Positions 45,172 to 54,421 of a stretch of DNA of 55,405 bases are shown here, one piece after another. The position numbers were made by a program, and so were the translations under genes. The stretch spans positions 1 through 55,405 of IMG/VR virus record IMGVR_UViG_3300008107_000064. One strand, given 5' to 3'. Numbering within the stretch: the stretch's first letter is position 1; the number at the start of each line of letters is the position of its first letter. This DNA comes from a virus. Lineage: Duplodnaviria; Caudoviricetes. A model generated the notes under the pieces. That model searched no databases. It was given only the letters and a program-made list of their open reading frames with translations, and was not told the origin of the DNA.

Positions 45172-45483
45172 ATGGCGCGCTGGTGCATGGCAAAGGGCGG
45201 CTCTACGCCCGTTTACAAAACTGGTGGAGCTTGGACACGCGCTGAAGGGAAAAACCCTGAAGGCGGCTTGAACGAAAAGGGACGTGCGTCTCTTCGCGCT
45301 CAAGGTCATGACATCAAGCGCCCTGTGTCTGCCAAAGAAGCAAAGAGCAGCCCAAAGGCTGCATCTCGCCGCGCTTCATTCTGTAGCAGGATGAAAGGGA
45401 TGAAAGCGAAGCTCACATCTGCTGAGACAGCGCGCGATCCCAACAGCCGCATCAACAAATCGCTCAGGAAGTGGGACTGCTGA
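45172..45483 (+). CDS. Basic protein, DUF6321-like
   Basis: 'AWTRAEGKNPEGGLNEKGRAS...RRASFCSRM...DPNSRINKSLRKWDC'. Confidence 0.6.
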   Translation: MARWCMAKGGSTPVYKTGGAWTRAEGKNPEGGLNEKGRASLRAQGHDIKRPVSAKEAKSSPKAASRRASFCSRMKGMKAKLTSAETARDPNSRINKSLRKWDC

Positions 45484-45665
45484 TGAAGTATTCCTTCGCT
45501 AAAGGCGGCAAGATCAAGCCCTTTTGGGAGAAGTCTTTCAAGGGTGAAAGTAAGCCGCTAACGTCTAAGCAGAAAACTGCTGCCAAAGCGCGAGCGAAGG
45601 CCGCTAGCAGGCCATATCCTAACCTCGTAGACAATGCTGCGGTCGCGCGCCGCAAGGAGAAATGA
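45483..45665 (+). CDS. Small basic protein
   Basis: 'FAKGG...AAKARAKAASRPYPNLVDN'. Confidence 0.6.
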   Translation: MKYSFAKGGKIKPFWEKSFKGESKPLTSKQKTAAKARAKAASRPYPNLVDNAAVARRKEK

Positions 45666-45666
45666 C

Positions 45667-46899
45667 ATGGCCGTCAAATATGTGAAGGACTTCGAGTTCT
45701 CTGAAAAAGCTGGCTTTAAGAAGGGCGGCTCTTGTGGCTACGAAAAAGGTGGCGCGGCTAAGAAAGGCCCCGGCGTCATGGTTCTCATTGGTCTTGGCAA
45801 ACCCAAGGGCCCGATGAAGAAGTCAGAAGGCGGTGACGTTGATCGCCGCAAAATGGCTGAAATGGCCGAAGACGCTGCTGCAACGACCGAAGCAGAACGC
45901 ATTATGCGCGGTCGAGGCGCCATGACTGATACAGAATCTCGCGCTCTTGCAAATGCTCGCGCTGCCAGCAAAGGAAAAGACGCGGCTTCTAAAAGGAAGG
46001 GCTCACCTTACATTCCCGGTTCCAACATTCCGGTTGGCGCAATTCGTGATCAAGGCGAGCAAGCCGCTTCTGAAGCAGGCAGCGGTGCTCTTACTGACAA
46101 TCGTCCTCAATATGCCAAAGGCGGCAAGGCTGAAAAGAAAATCAGCAAGGTCATGACTGAGTTCAAGGAAGGCAAGTTGCACTCCGGCTCGAAAGAAGGC
46201 CCGAAGGTTAAGAGCCGCAAGCAGGCGATCGCGATCGCGCTTTCCGAGGCTGGCAATAGCAAGAAGGGCTACGCAGAAGGCGGTGTGAAAGTTGATCGCG
46301 ATAACCCACTTCCGCTGCCGTCCGATGAAGATATGCAGAAGAAGGCTTGGGCTGACCGTAAGGCTCAACGTCGCGAAGCTGGCGACAAAACCAAGAAGCC
46401 TGTCTTTGCCAAGGGCGGCTACGCAGAAGGCGGCTCAAAGAAGCCAGCTCCTATTAGCCAAGAAGAGAAGGAAGACATCGTGCGCAAGGATCAGGCTCGC
46501 GGCGTTAAGGTCATGCTCGGCACGCAGGCTAAGGCCAAGGGCGGCATGGCAAAGCACGAAGACGTTGCCATGGACCGTAAGCTTGTGAAGCAGATGGTCA
46601 AGCCTGCCGCGTTGAAGAAGGCCATGGGCGGCCCTGCTGCCGCTCCGCAGTCGCCGCTTCAGCGTATGGGCATGCAAGCTCAGGCTCCCGCTATGGGCCG
46701 CGCCAAGGGCGTGCCCGTGGCCCCCCGCGCCCCTATGATTGCTCCTCCCTCCATGGGGCAGCGCGGTGTGGGCGTGAACGCAAAGCGTCCCGGCGGTCCT
46801 GACGTCGGCAAGATCCGCGCTATGATGGCAAAAGCCGCAACCGCAGCGCGTCCTGAATCATCCCCTTCAATGATGAAGAAGGGCGGAAAGGCAAAGTAA
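45667..46899 (+). CDS. Lys-rich protein with ten xxGG motifs and a DUF6496-like module
   Basis: 'KISKVMTEFKEGKLHSGS..GPKVKSRKQAIAIALSEAG' flanked by YAKGG and YAEGG. Confidence 0.65.
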   Translation: MAVKYVKDFEFSEKAGFKKGGSCGYEKGGAAKKGPGVMVLIGLGKPKGPMKKSEGGDVDRRKMAEMAEDAAATTEAERIMRGRGAMTDTESRALANARAASKGKDAASKRKGSPYIPGSNIPVGAIRDQGEQAASEAGSGALTDNRPQYAKGGKAEKKISKVMTEFKEGKLHSGSKEGPKVKSRKQAIAIALSEAGNSKKGYAEGGVKVDRDNPLPLPSDEDMQKKAWADRKAQRREAGDKTKKPVFAKGGYAEGGSKKPAPISQEEKEDIVRKDQARGVKVMLGTQAKAKGGMAKHEDVAMDRKLVKQMVKPAALKKAMGGPAAAPQSPLQRMGMQAQAPAMGRAKGVPVAPRAPMIAPPSMGQRGVGVNAKRPGGPDVGKIRAMMAKAATAARPESSPSMMKKGGKAK

Positions 46900-46900
46900 G

Positions 46901-47983
46901 ATGGCCGTCTCTGGGACCGTATCAACGACAGTATTCAAAACGCGAAAGGTGATTGATCACGCCTATCGCCGCTGTCGGATTCTGCCTCAGAACATCACAT
47001 CCGAGATGATCGAGACTGCAAAAGACAATCTCTATTTGCAGCTCTCGTCTCTCGGCAGCCAAGGCGTGCCGCTGTGGTGCATCGAGAAGGAAATCCTGCC
47101 GCTCTATGTCGGCCAAGCAGTGATCACGCCTTCTCGCGGCACCATGGACATCTTGAATGCCTACTATCGCTGGATGTCACGCCAGACAGGCATCACGCAG
47201 ACGTCTTCGCCCGGCGGCATAACACAATATGCCTTCGATGGTGATCTCGACACATCATGCGCCCAGACAGGACCGAATGGTAATCTCACCATCATCTTCA
47301 ATGGTGATCCTCTCGATCCACAGTCGCCCGTGCAGGTGACGACCGTTGGCGTCATGATGGCAACAACCGGCTCATTCAATATCGTGTTCGAATGGTCGAA
47401 TGACGGCGTCACATGGACAACAGCACTCGCTCCCGGCGTCACCGCATATGTTGCGGGCAAGTGGCAGTGGTACGACATCGACGGCCAGCAGCCGGTTAAC
47501 TTCTATCGAATGCGCGAAACGGGCGGCAATACGCTCAACGTTGTTGAGTTCTACGCCGGCAACAGCCCGACTGAAATTCCACTTGCGCGTATGAACCGCG
47601 ACGACTGGACGAACCTGCCAAATAAAACATTCCAAGGGCGCCCGCTGCAATACTGGTTCGATCGCTCACGCGATTATCCAACCATGAACATCTGGCCCGT
47701 CACGGATCCCGGCAGCATGTTTGGCCAATTCGTGATCTGGAAGCAGCGCTATATCATGGATGTTGGCACGCTCACTGATGAGCTGGACATCCCGCAGCGC
47801 TGGTACGAATGTGTGGTGTGGCAGCTTTCATGGCGCCTTGCTATGGAGATGCCAGAGTTCGACATGAACCTTCTTGGCATGATCAAAGGCACAGCCGATG
47901 AGGCCTTGAAAGTTGCACAAGATGAAGAACGCGATAACAGCCCGATCTACTTCGCTCCTAACATAAGTCCGTACACCCGATGA
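46901..47983 (+). CDS. Head-tail connector-like protein with an inserted beta-sandwich
   Basis: 'VIDHAYRRC...', 'R..WTNLPNK..QGRP.QYWFDR....IWP', 'DIPQRWY'. Confidence 0.55.
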   Translation: MAVSGTVSTTVFKTRKVIDHAYRRCRILPQNITSEMIETAKDNLYLQLSSLGSQGVPLWCIEKEILPLYVGQAVITPSRGTMDILNAYYRWMSRQTGITQTSSPGGITQYAFDGDLDTSCAQTGPNGNLTIIFNGDPLDPQSPVQVTTVGVMMATTGSFNIVFEWSNDGVTWTTALAPGVTAYVAGKWQWYDIDGQQPVNFYRMRETGGNTLNVVEFYAGNSPTEIPLARMNRDDWTNLPNKTFQGRPLQYWFDRSRDYPTMNIWPVTDPGSMFGQFVIWKQRYIMDVGTLTDELDIPQRWYECVVWQLSWRLAMEMPEFDMNLLGMIKGTADEALKVAQDEERDNSPIYFAPNISPYTR

Positions 47984-48282
47984 CAATCTTTCTTGATCCT
48001 CGCGGCAAATCGACTTTCGGCATTGGGATCTGCGCCCGGTGCTCGCGAAAGTTTTCGCTTGAAGATCTGGAATCCGATCCAAACTATCCGGGTCTTTATG
48101 TCTGCGAAGCCGACAAGGATCAGTTTGACCCGTATCGCCTTGCTGCGCGACAGCCGGAGCGCATCAATCTTTTCCACCCGCGTCCTGATACGCCTATTGC
48201 GCTCAATATGTTGGGCACGATCTCGCAGGATGATGACCTCTTCCTGATTGGCGAAGAGGGCGATGGATACTTGGTGCCATGA
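47980..48282 (+). CDS. Hypothetical Cys-containing protein
   Basis: 'ICARCSRKF...LYVC...D..DP...RPD'. Confidence 0.55.
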   Translation: MTIFLDPRGKSTFGIGICARCSRKFSLEDLESDPNYPGLYVCEADKDQFDPYRLAARQPERINLFHPRPDTPIALNMLGTISQDDDLFLIGEEGDGYLVP

Positions 48283-49955
48283 CGAATAATCCGAACGTCC
48301 CGACAAACCTTATCCCCACCAAGATCACGCAGCTCCCGCTGGCTGATACGCCGACTGCGCAGGACACGATCGTCATCGTCCAGCAGGGAAATACAAAACG
48401 CGCCAGTGTTGGCATGTTCTTACAATATGTTGGCCCAACCGGGCCGACCGGCGTAGCGGGCCCTACGGGGCCGCAGGGCGCCACGGGCGCAACAGGGGCC
48501 ACTGGGGTGGGTGCGACCGGGCCGACCGGCCCCACAGGCGCCACTGGGCCCACAGGCGATGCCTCTACAGTTCCGGGGCCCACGGGGCCGACTGGAGCCA
48601 CAGGCCCAACGGGTGACGCATCAACAGTTCCGGGCCCAACTGGCCCCACGGGGGATATCGGACCCACCGGGCCGACAGGGGCGGCTTCGACCGTTGCCGG
48701 ACCTACGGGCCCCACGGGCCCTACGGGTGACACCGGCGGCGTCGGACCTACCGGACCCACGGGGGACACGGGAAGTGTCGGGCCCACGGGCAGTGTCGGA
48801 CCCACGGGCCCCACGGGAGTGCAGGGCGATGTCGGGCCTACGGGGCCTACGGGCAGTCAGGGAAATGTTGGACCCACGGGCCCTACCGGGCCTACGGGAG
48901 ACGCATCAACTGTTCCCGGCCCTACGGGGCCCACCGGTAGCACCGGCTTGACCGGACCAACCGGACCTACCGGGGCGACCGGCGCAACCGGCGCAGGCGG
49001 CGCGCTGGGCTATTGGGGCTCGTTCTGGGATACGACAGATCAGGTCGCTGCTGCGGCCAATACGGCTTATTCTGTTGGCTTAAATAGCTACGACACCAAC
49101 AACAATGGCGTGAGTGTTGTTTCTGGCAGCCGTGTCACCTTTGCTTATGCCGGCGTTTACAGCCTGACGTTCTCTATTCAGTTCGTGAACACTGACACGC
49201 AAATCCATGACGTGAACGTGTGGTTGCGCAAGAATAATGCTGGCAGCTCTGGTGACGTGCCCGATTCTGACACCCGTCTGAGCATCCAGCAGAAGCACGG
49301 CGGCGTTGATGGCTACGGCCTGATGACCGTCAACTTCATGCTGACGCTTGCGGCTAACGACTACATTGAGATGATCTGGGCTCCCACAGACACTCAAGTG
49401 TCGATCCAGTCAGTTCCTGCCGGCACATCGCCCGTTTCGCCTTCCATTCCCGGCGTGATCTTCACCGCACAGCAGGTGATGTACACCCAGCTCGGCCCAA
49501 CTGGCCCAACTGGCGCAACTGGCAGTGTCGGACCCACCGGGCCTACGGGGGCGCCGGGTTATATCGGCCAAGACGGACCTACCGGACCTACGGGAAGCAC
49601 CGGGCCTACGGGGCCTACCGGGGAGACCGGGCCCACCGGGCCAACCGGAGCCGCATCGACCGTTGCAGGGCCTACGGGGCCTACCGGGGAGACCGGGCCT
49701 ACCGGGCCAACCGGAGCCGCATCGACCGTTGCAGGGCCTACCGGGCCAACTGGAGATACCGGGCCGACCGGGCCGACAGGCTCGATCTATCCGACAGGTG
49801 GATCGCCTGACCGAATCTTCTATGAAAACCAGATCACGGTGACGGCGAACTACACGATCACCACGAATTACAACGCAGGCACATTCGGGCCTGTGACCAT
49901 CAACTCAGGCGTTGTCGTTACGGTGCCATCTGGCTCCGTTTGGACGATTGTGTAA
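48279..49955 (+). CDS. Collagen-like fibre protein (Gly-Pro-Thr repeats)
   Basis: Two long GXT triplet tracts flanking a C1q/BclA-like globular domain. Confidence 0.85.
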   Translation: MTNNPNVPTNLIPTKITQLPLADTPTAQDTIVIVQQGNTKRASVGMFLQYVGPTGPTGVAGPTGPQGATGATGATGVGATGPTGPTGATGPTGDASTVPGPTGPTGATGPTGDASTVPGPTGPTGDIGPTGPTGAASTVAGPTGPTGPTGDTGGVGPTGPTGDTGSVGPTGSVGPTGPTGVQGDVGPTGPTGSQGNVGPTGPTGPTGDASTVPGPTGPTGSTGLTGPTGPTGATGATGAGGALGYWGSFWDTTDQVAAAANTAYSVGLNSYDTNNNGVSVVSGSRVTFAYAGVYSLTFSIQFVNTDTQIHDVNVWLRKNNAGSSGDVPDSDTRLSIQQKHGGVDGYGLMTVNFMLTLAANDYIEMIWAPTDTQVSIQSVPAGTSPVSPSIPGVIFTAQQVMYTQLGPTGPTGATGSVGPTGPTGAPGYIGQDGPTGPTGSTGPTGPTGETGPTGPTGAASTVAGPTGPTGETGPTGPTGAASTVAGPTGPTGDTGPTGPTGSIYPTGGSPDRIFYENQITVTANYTITTNYNAGTFGPVTINSGVVVTVPSGSVWTIV

Positions 49956-49965
49956 GGGGGCACAA

Positions 49966-51534
49966 ATGCCGTTCAGTTCAGAAAGTGGCAAGCAACACAT
50001 AAAACGTATTGTGCAGCGCGTTCCGCATGCCAAAATGCTCGACATTGGCTGCGGCTGTGGCACTTACGCAAAGATGTTCCCAGATGCTGAATGGACCGGC
50101 GTTGAAATCTGGAAGCCCTATGTAGATCAGTATGATCTCAACAATCTGTACGGCACGCTCTTCAACGAAGATGCGCGTCATTGGATTCCCGCTGATCACT
50201 ATGATGTTGCGATTGCCGGCGATGTGCTTGAACATATGAGCCCAGAAGAAGCTGGTCGCATGCTCGATAAGCTTCGCGCCTGCGCTGACACAGTCATCGT
50301 GTCGATCCCGATCGGCTACTATCCGCAGGATCTGTACGCAGGAAATCCATACGAGCGACACATCAAAGATGACTGGACCGATCAAGAGGTCCGCTGGTTC
50401 TTTGGCGAGCCAACGTGGTCGCGCATCGACAATGAAATCGGCATCTACGTTTGGTCTAAACATAAAGTTGATCTCAAAATTGTGGTCTACGCCATCAGCA
50501 AGAACGAAGAGACCTTCGTCGAGCGTTTTTGCGCATCTGCAAAAGACGCCGACCTCATCGTCATTGCAGACACAGGATCAACAGATGGGACTGATGCCAA
50601 GGCGCGTGAGTGCGGCGCGGTGGTGCATAATATTTGTATCAGCCCTTGGCGCTTCGATATTGCACGCAATACGGCGCTCTCGCTCATCCCGCGCGACATA
50701 GACATCTGCATTTCCCTCGATCTAGACGAGGTGCTTGAGCCCGGCTGGCGCGAAGAGATCGAGCGCGTGTGGACGGATGAAACAACACGCCTGCGATACA
50801 TGTTTGACTGGGGCTGCGGAATTAAGTTCCGGTATGAGAAGATTCACGCTCGTCACGGCTACCGTTGGCACCATCCCTGCCATGAGTATCCGGTGCCGGA
50901 TCCGCGTATCAAGGAAGTATGGGCAGAGACCGACATGCTGCTGGTTTCGCACCACCCAGACCCGACCAAGAGCCGTGGCCAGTATATGGAACTGCTCGAA
51001 ATGTCGGTGAAGGAGGATCCGCGCTGCCCGCGCAATGCCTTCTATCATGCCCGTGAACTGACGTTTCACAGCCGCTGGACCGACGCGATCGGCGCCCTCA
51101 AGTCATATCTTAATATGCCAGAGGCCACATGGCCGAACGAGCGCTGCTATGCCATGCGCCTGCTTGGGAAGGCACATGCTGAGCTGGGGCAGCCTTGGGA
51201 GGCCGAGAAGTGGCTCCACATGGCCTGCGGAGAGGCGCCAAACACCCGTGAGCCTTGGTGCGAACTGGCAATGCTGATGTATCGCAGCGCCCGCTGGGAA
51301 GAGTGCTATGCCTTCTCCATGCGTGCTTTGAAGATTACAGACCGTGCGCTGGTCTATACCTGCGACCCGGCGGTGTGGGGTTTCTGGCCCCACGATCTGG
51401 CCGCGATCTCGGCGTGGCACCTAGGTTTGATAGATATCGCGATCGAGGAAGGCCGCAAGGCTGTGGAGCTTGCACCAGAGGATCCGCGCCTGCGCGATAA
51501 TCTGGAATGGTTCACTGGAAAGAAGGCCGCATAG
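49966..51534 (+). CDS. SAM methyltransferase - GT2 glycosyltransferase - TPR fusion
   Basis: 'LDIGCGCG', 'GDVLEH'; 'YAISKNEE', 'DTGSTDGT', 'FDIARN', 'LDLDE', 'HHPCHE'; TPR helices. Confidence 0.85.
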   Translation: MPFSSESGKQHIKRIVQRVPHAKMLDIGCGCGTYAKMFPDAEWTGVEIWKPYVDQYDLNNLYGTLFNEDARHWIPADHYDVAIAGDVLEHMSPEEAGRMLDKLRACADTVIVSIPIGYYPQDLYAGNPYERHIKDDWTDQEVRWFFGEPTWSRIDNEIGIYVWSKHKVDLKIVVYAISKNEETFVERFCASAKDADLIVIADTGSTDGTDAKARECGAVVHNICISPWRFDIARNTALSLIPRDIDICISLDLDEVLEPGWREEIERVWTDETTRLRYMFDWGCGIKFRYEKIHARHGYRWHHPCHEYPVPDPRIKEVWAETDMLLVSHHPDPTKSRGQYMELLEMSVKEDPRCPRNAFYHARELTFHSRWTDAIGALKSYLNMPEATWPNERCYAMRLLGKAHAELGQPWEAEKWLHMACGEAPNTREPWCELAMLMYRSARWEECYAFSMRALKITDRALVYTCDPAVWGFWPHDLAAISAWHLGLIDIAIEEGRKAVELAPEDPRLRDNLEWFTGKKAA

Positions 51535-51564
51535 GCTGTAGGATAGAGGCAAAGGAAGATCACC

Positions 51565-51891
51565 ATGGCGAGCACGTTTACCTCTTATGTGGCCAAGGAC
51601 GTCGGCACGTCGCCTGTGTCGCTGATCACCGTGCCTGCGGCCACGGTTGATACGGTGATTGGCCTGTCGATCGCAAATACCAGTGCCGCGAGCATCACCG
51701 CCGATGTCTATGTGACCCGCTCGGCGGTCAATTATTACATCATCAAGGGCGCATCCGTGCCGGTCGGCTCGACATTTATCATGTCTGGCGGGGATCAGAA
51801 GATCGTGCTGATAGCGTCTGATGTGCTCAAGGTTGTGACCAGCGCCGCAACGTCTGCGGATGTGATTGCGTCCGTCCTTGAGATGGCATGA
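51565..51891 (+). CDS. Small virion protein
   Basis: Beta-rich; 'VIGLSIAN...KIVL...D.LKV...DVIASVLE'. Confidence 0.6.
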   Translation: MASTFTSYVAKDVGTSPVSLITVPAATVDTVIGLSIANTSAASITADVYVTRSAVNYYIIKGASVPVGSTFIMSGGDQKIVLIASDVLKVVTSAATSADVIASVLEMA

Positions 51892-51903
51892 TAGGAGAGC
51901 GCG

Positions 51904-52116
51904 ATGCCTTCAAGCTCTGGCTATCTTAGGTCGGTCCCGCAGCCATCGCAGCCTACAGGCGGTGGCGGCAACAAGGCTTTTTACGAGAACGATCAAACGA
52001 TCTCGGTTGACTACACGATTCCTGCTACTAGCAACGCTATGACGGCAGGCCCGGTTACAATCAACAGCGGTGTGACCATTACGGTCCCCTCTGGCAGCAC
52101 ATGGACGGTGATCTGA
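51904..52116 (+). CDS. Small fibre-associated protein
   Basis: Paralogous to the C-terminus of the collagen protein. Confidence 0.6.
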   Translation: MPSSSGYLRSVPQPSQPTGGGGNKAFYENDQTISVDYTIPATSNAMTAGPVTINSGVTITVPSGSTWTVI

Positions 52117-53426
52117 TGCCTATCACGCTCAAATCCACTGGTGGCGGCTCTATGACGCTGACGGCTCCAAACACCGCCAGTGACTACACGCTGACCTTCC
52201 CAGCGCAGAACGGCACGCCCATCACAACGCAGCCGAGCACCGCTGGCAATGTGCTGACATCTGACGGCACGAACTGGGTGTCGCAGGCACCGGCAAGTTC
52301 TGTAGCAACAGGAACCATCGTCACCTACGGGTCTTCTTCCACGCCTAGCGGCTATCTGGCTTGCGATGGTAGCACCTATACAAAATCATCTTACACAGCG
52401 CTTTCCACAGTGCTTGGCAACGTGATGAGCAATACGTTCACGCGAACCGCAACTGCATCTAACAGCTATTCAAGAGTCGCTGTTGCTAATGGTAAAATAT
52501 TTATCGTTGGTGCATACAGTATATCAGGGGGTTCTGGATCAAATGGTGGATATTATTCCGCAGATAATGGCGTCACATGGACAACTATTACAGCAGCAAT
52601 TGGTGGCAATGTTGCGTGGAATGGTACGCGATACGTTGCTGGCAAAGGCTACGTTGGGGGCTGCTGTGGTTTTCCAGCTGGAATTTTTTATAGCACTAAT
52701 GGAACCTCATGGACAAGTGTAACAACTGGAGTGAACTTTTCTGCCACCGGACCCGCATGGACAGGTTCTCGGTTTGTCGTTTTGAATTTTACTAGCAATC
52801 TAACTGCCTACAGTACCGATGGCATCACTTGGTCGGCTGGCGGTGCGTTGCCTGCCAGTTTCTGGGCTCAAGATGTTGCTTACGGGAACAGCACTCTTGT
52901 TGCTGTCGGTAGAACGACTTCTTCTGGCACCGGAACTGCCAAGATTGCTACGTCAACAGATGGCACAACATGGACTAGCAGAACTCCTCACGCAAACATG
53001 CTTGGTTTGGAGGGAATTAATTTCCAAAACAACCAATTTATTGTTACTGATGCTACCAATAATATCTTTACAAGTTCGGACGGCATAACGTGGACGCAAA
53101 AATATGCCTATTCGTCAACAACAAGTCCATTCAGCAATGCTGGTGCTGCCCCTGTCAAAAGAGTGGCATATAACGCTGCGGATGCGCGTTATTATTTTGC
53201 ATCATCCTACAGCACTGATTTGATCACTTGGACTAGAGTTCCCTATTCTCAAGTTTATGCAAACGCCATTGGTCAAATGGGAGAATGTGCGTCAGATGGC
53301 ACGCGACTTTATAATACATATGGCGCTGTCTATAATCCTCTTCCATATGATACATCAACGCAGTTCATCGTGCCTAACTTTGCGATCACAGTGACCGCTG
53401 GCGCGTATTACTACATCAAGACCTAA
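52116..53426 (+). CDS. Tail fibre with collar domain and Asp-box/BNR beta-propeller
   Basis: 'GTIVTY....PSGYLACDGS', repeated 'S.DG.TW', C-terminal 'YYIKT'. Confidence 0.75.
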   Translation: MPITLKSTGGGSMTLTAPNTASDYTLTFPAQNGTPITTQPSTAGNVLTSDGTNWVSQAPASSVATGTIVTYGSSSTPSGYLACDGSTYTKSSYTALSTVLGNVMSNTFTRTATASNSYSRVAVANGKIFIVGAYSISGGSGSNGGYYSADNGVTWTTITAAIGGNVAWNGTRYVAGKGYVGGCCGFPAGIFYSTNGTSWTSVTTGVNFSATGPAWTGSRFVVLNFTSNLTAYSTDGITWSAGGALPASFWAQDVAYGNSTLVAVGRTTSSGTGTAKIATSTDGTTWTSRTPHANMLGLEGINFQNNQFIVTDATNNIFTSSDGITWTQKYAYSSTTSPFSNAGAAPVKRVAYNAADARYYFASSYSTDLITWTRVPYSQVYANAIGQMGECASDGTRLYNTYGAVYNPLPYDTSTQFIVPNFAITVTAGAYYYIKT

Positions 53427-53435
53427 GAGGCTAAG

Positions 53436-53687
53436 ATGCAAACAATCTATCAGTACGATGGTGAAAACATCTACACAGGTGTCAGCCAAGAAATTGCTGA
53501 TGACGCCGGTTGTCCTCTTGGTTGGACCTTCTCAGTTCCGCCACCAATTCCAGATGGCAAGTTTGCTTATTACTTGCCGCCAGATTGGGTGATCATTGAT
53601 GAGCGTCCAGCGCCGCCTATCCCGCCCGAACCTGCTCCAGTTTTTTTTGAAATAGCACAACCCGGTGAAGCCCCAGCGGTGATCTGA
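53436..53687 (+). CDS. Tail fibre assembly-like protein
   Basis: 'IYQYD...YTG...P...T..PP......W'. Confidence 0.55.
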   Translation: MQTIYQYDGENIYTGVSQEIADDAGCPLGWTFSVPPPIPDGKFAYYLPPDWVIIDERPAPPIPPEPAPVFFEIAQPGEAPAVI

Positions 53688-54412
53688 TGCCAATTACACT
53701 TAACGGCGCAGGGACAGGAACATTCACAGATGCCAGCGGCAACGTTGGTATTGGAACGACATCAACAGGCGGTTATCGCGTTGCTGTCGTTGGTTCCGCA
53801 GTGTCTGCGGTGCCGCTTTATTTTAATACAGATGCAACGAACAGCTACGTTTATTCCCCAAATCCTGTTTACTTGGGGTCAACGGGTGCATATCAAATTG
53901 CACTTGTTACTAACAACTCTGAGCGTATGCGTATCGACAGTTCTGGCTTCGTTGGCATTGGAACAAACGCGCCAAGTGCGATGTTGCAAGTAACCGGCAG
54001 TGCTACAACAGAAGCTCTCAAGGTGCCTAACATCGCAGAGCCTGCCACGATCTCTGCCACGGCAGCAACTGGCACGATCAACTATGATGTCTGTACCCAA
54101 TCGGTCCTGTACTACACCAGCAATGCATCGGCTAACTGGACTGTTAATCTTCGTGGGTCTAGCACGACATCGCTGAACACCTTGATGTCAACTAATGATG
54201 TCATCACCGTCAGCTTCCTTGTGACACAAGGAGCAACAGCCTACTACAACAACGTGGTTCAGGTTGATGGCTCGTCTGTCACGCCAAAGTATCAGGGCGG
54301 TACGGCATGGTCTGCTGGAAACGCATCCGGCATTGATGTCTATACCTACACAATCATCAAAACGGCTGCGGCTACGTTTACAGTTCTAGCATCGCAGACA
54401 CAGTTCAAGTGA
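53687..54412 (+). CDS. Tail fibre protein
   Basis: 'SGNVGIGT', 'ERMRIDSSG.VGIGT..P', C-terminal 'GTINYD...VLYYTSNASANWT...IDVYTYTIIKT'. Confidence 0.75.
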   Translation: MPITLNGAGTGTFTDASGNVGIGTTSTGGYRVAVVGSAVSAVPLYFNTDATNSYVYSPNPVYLGSTGAYQIALVTNNSERMRIDSSGFVGIGTNAPSAMLQVTGSATTEALKVPNIAEPATISATAATGTINYDVCTQSVLYYTSNASANWTVNLRGSSTTSLNTLMSTNDVITVSFLVTQGATAYYNNVVQVDGSSVTPKYQGGTAWSAGNASGIDVYTYTIIKTAAATFTVLASQTQFK

Positions 54413-54421
54413 GGCTGATCA

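Noticed and set aside
48430-49790. DNA tandem repeats in the collagen gene as DGR or VNTR elements
   Set aside because: Explained by Gly-X-Thr coding; no reverse transcriptase or adenine-specific TR/VR pair was seen.
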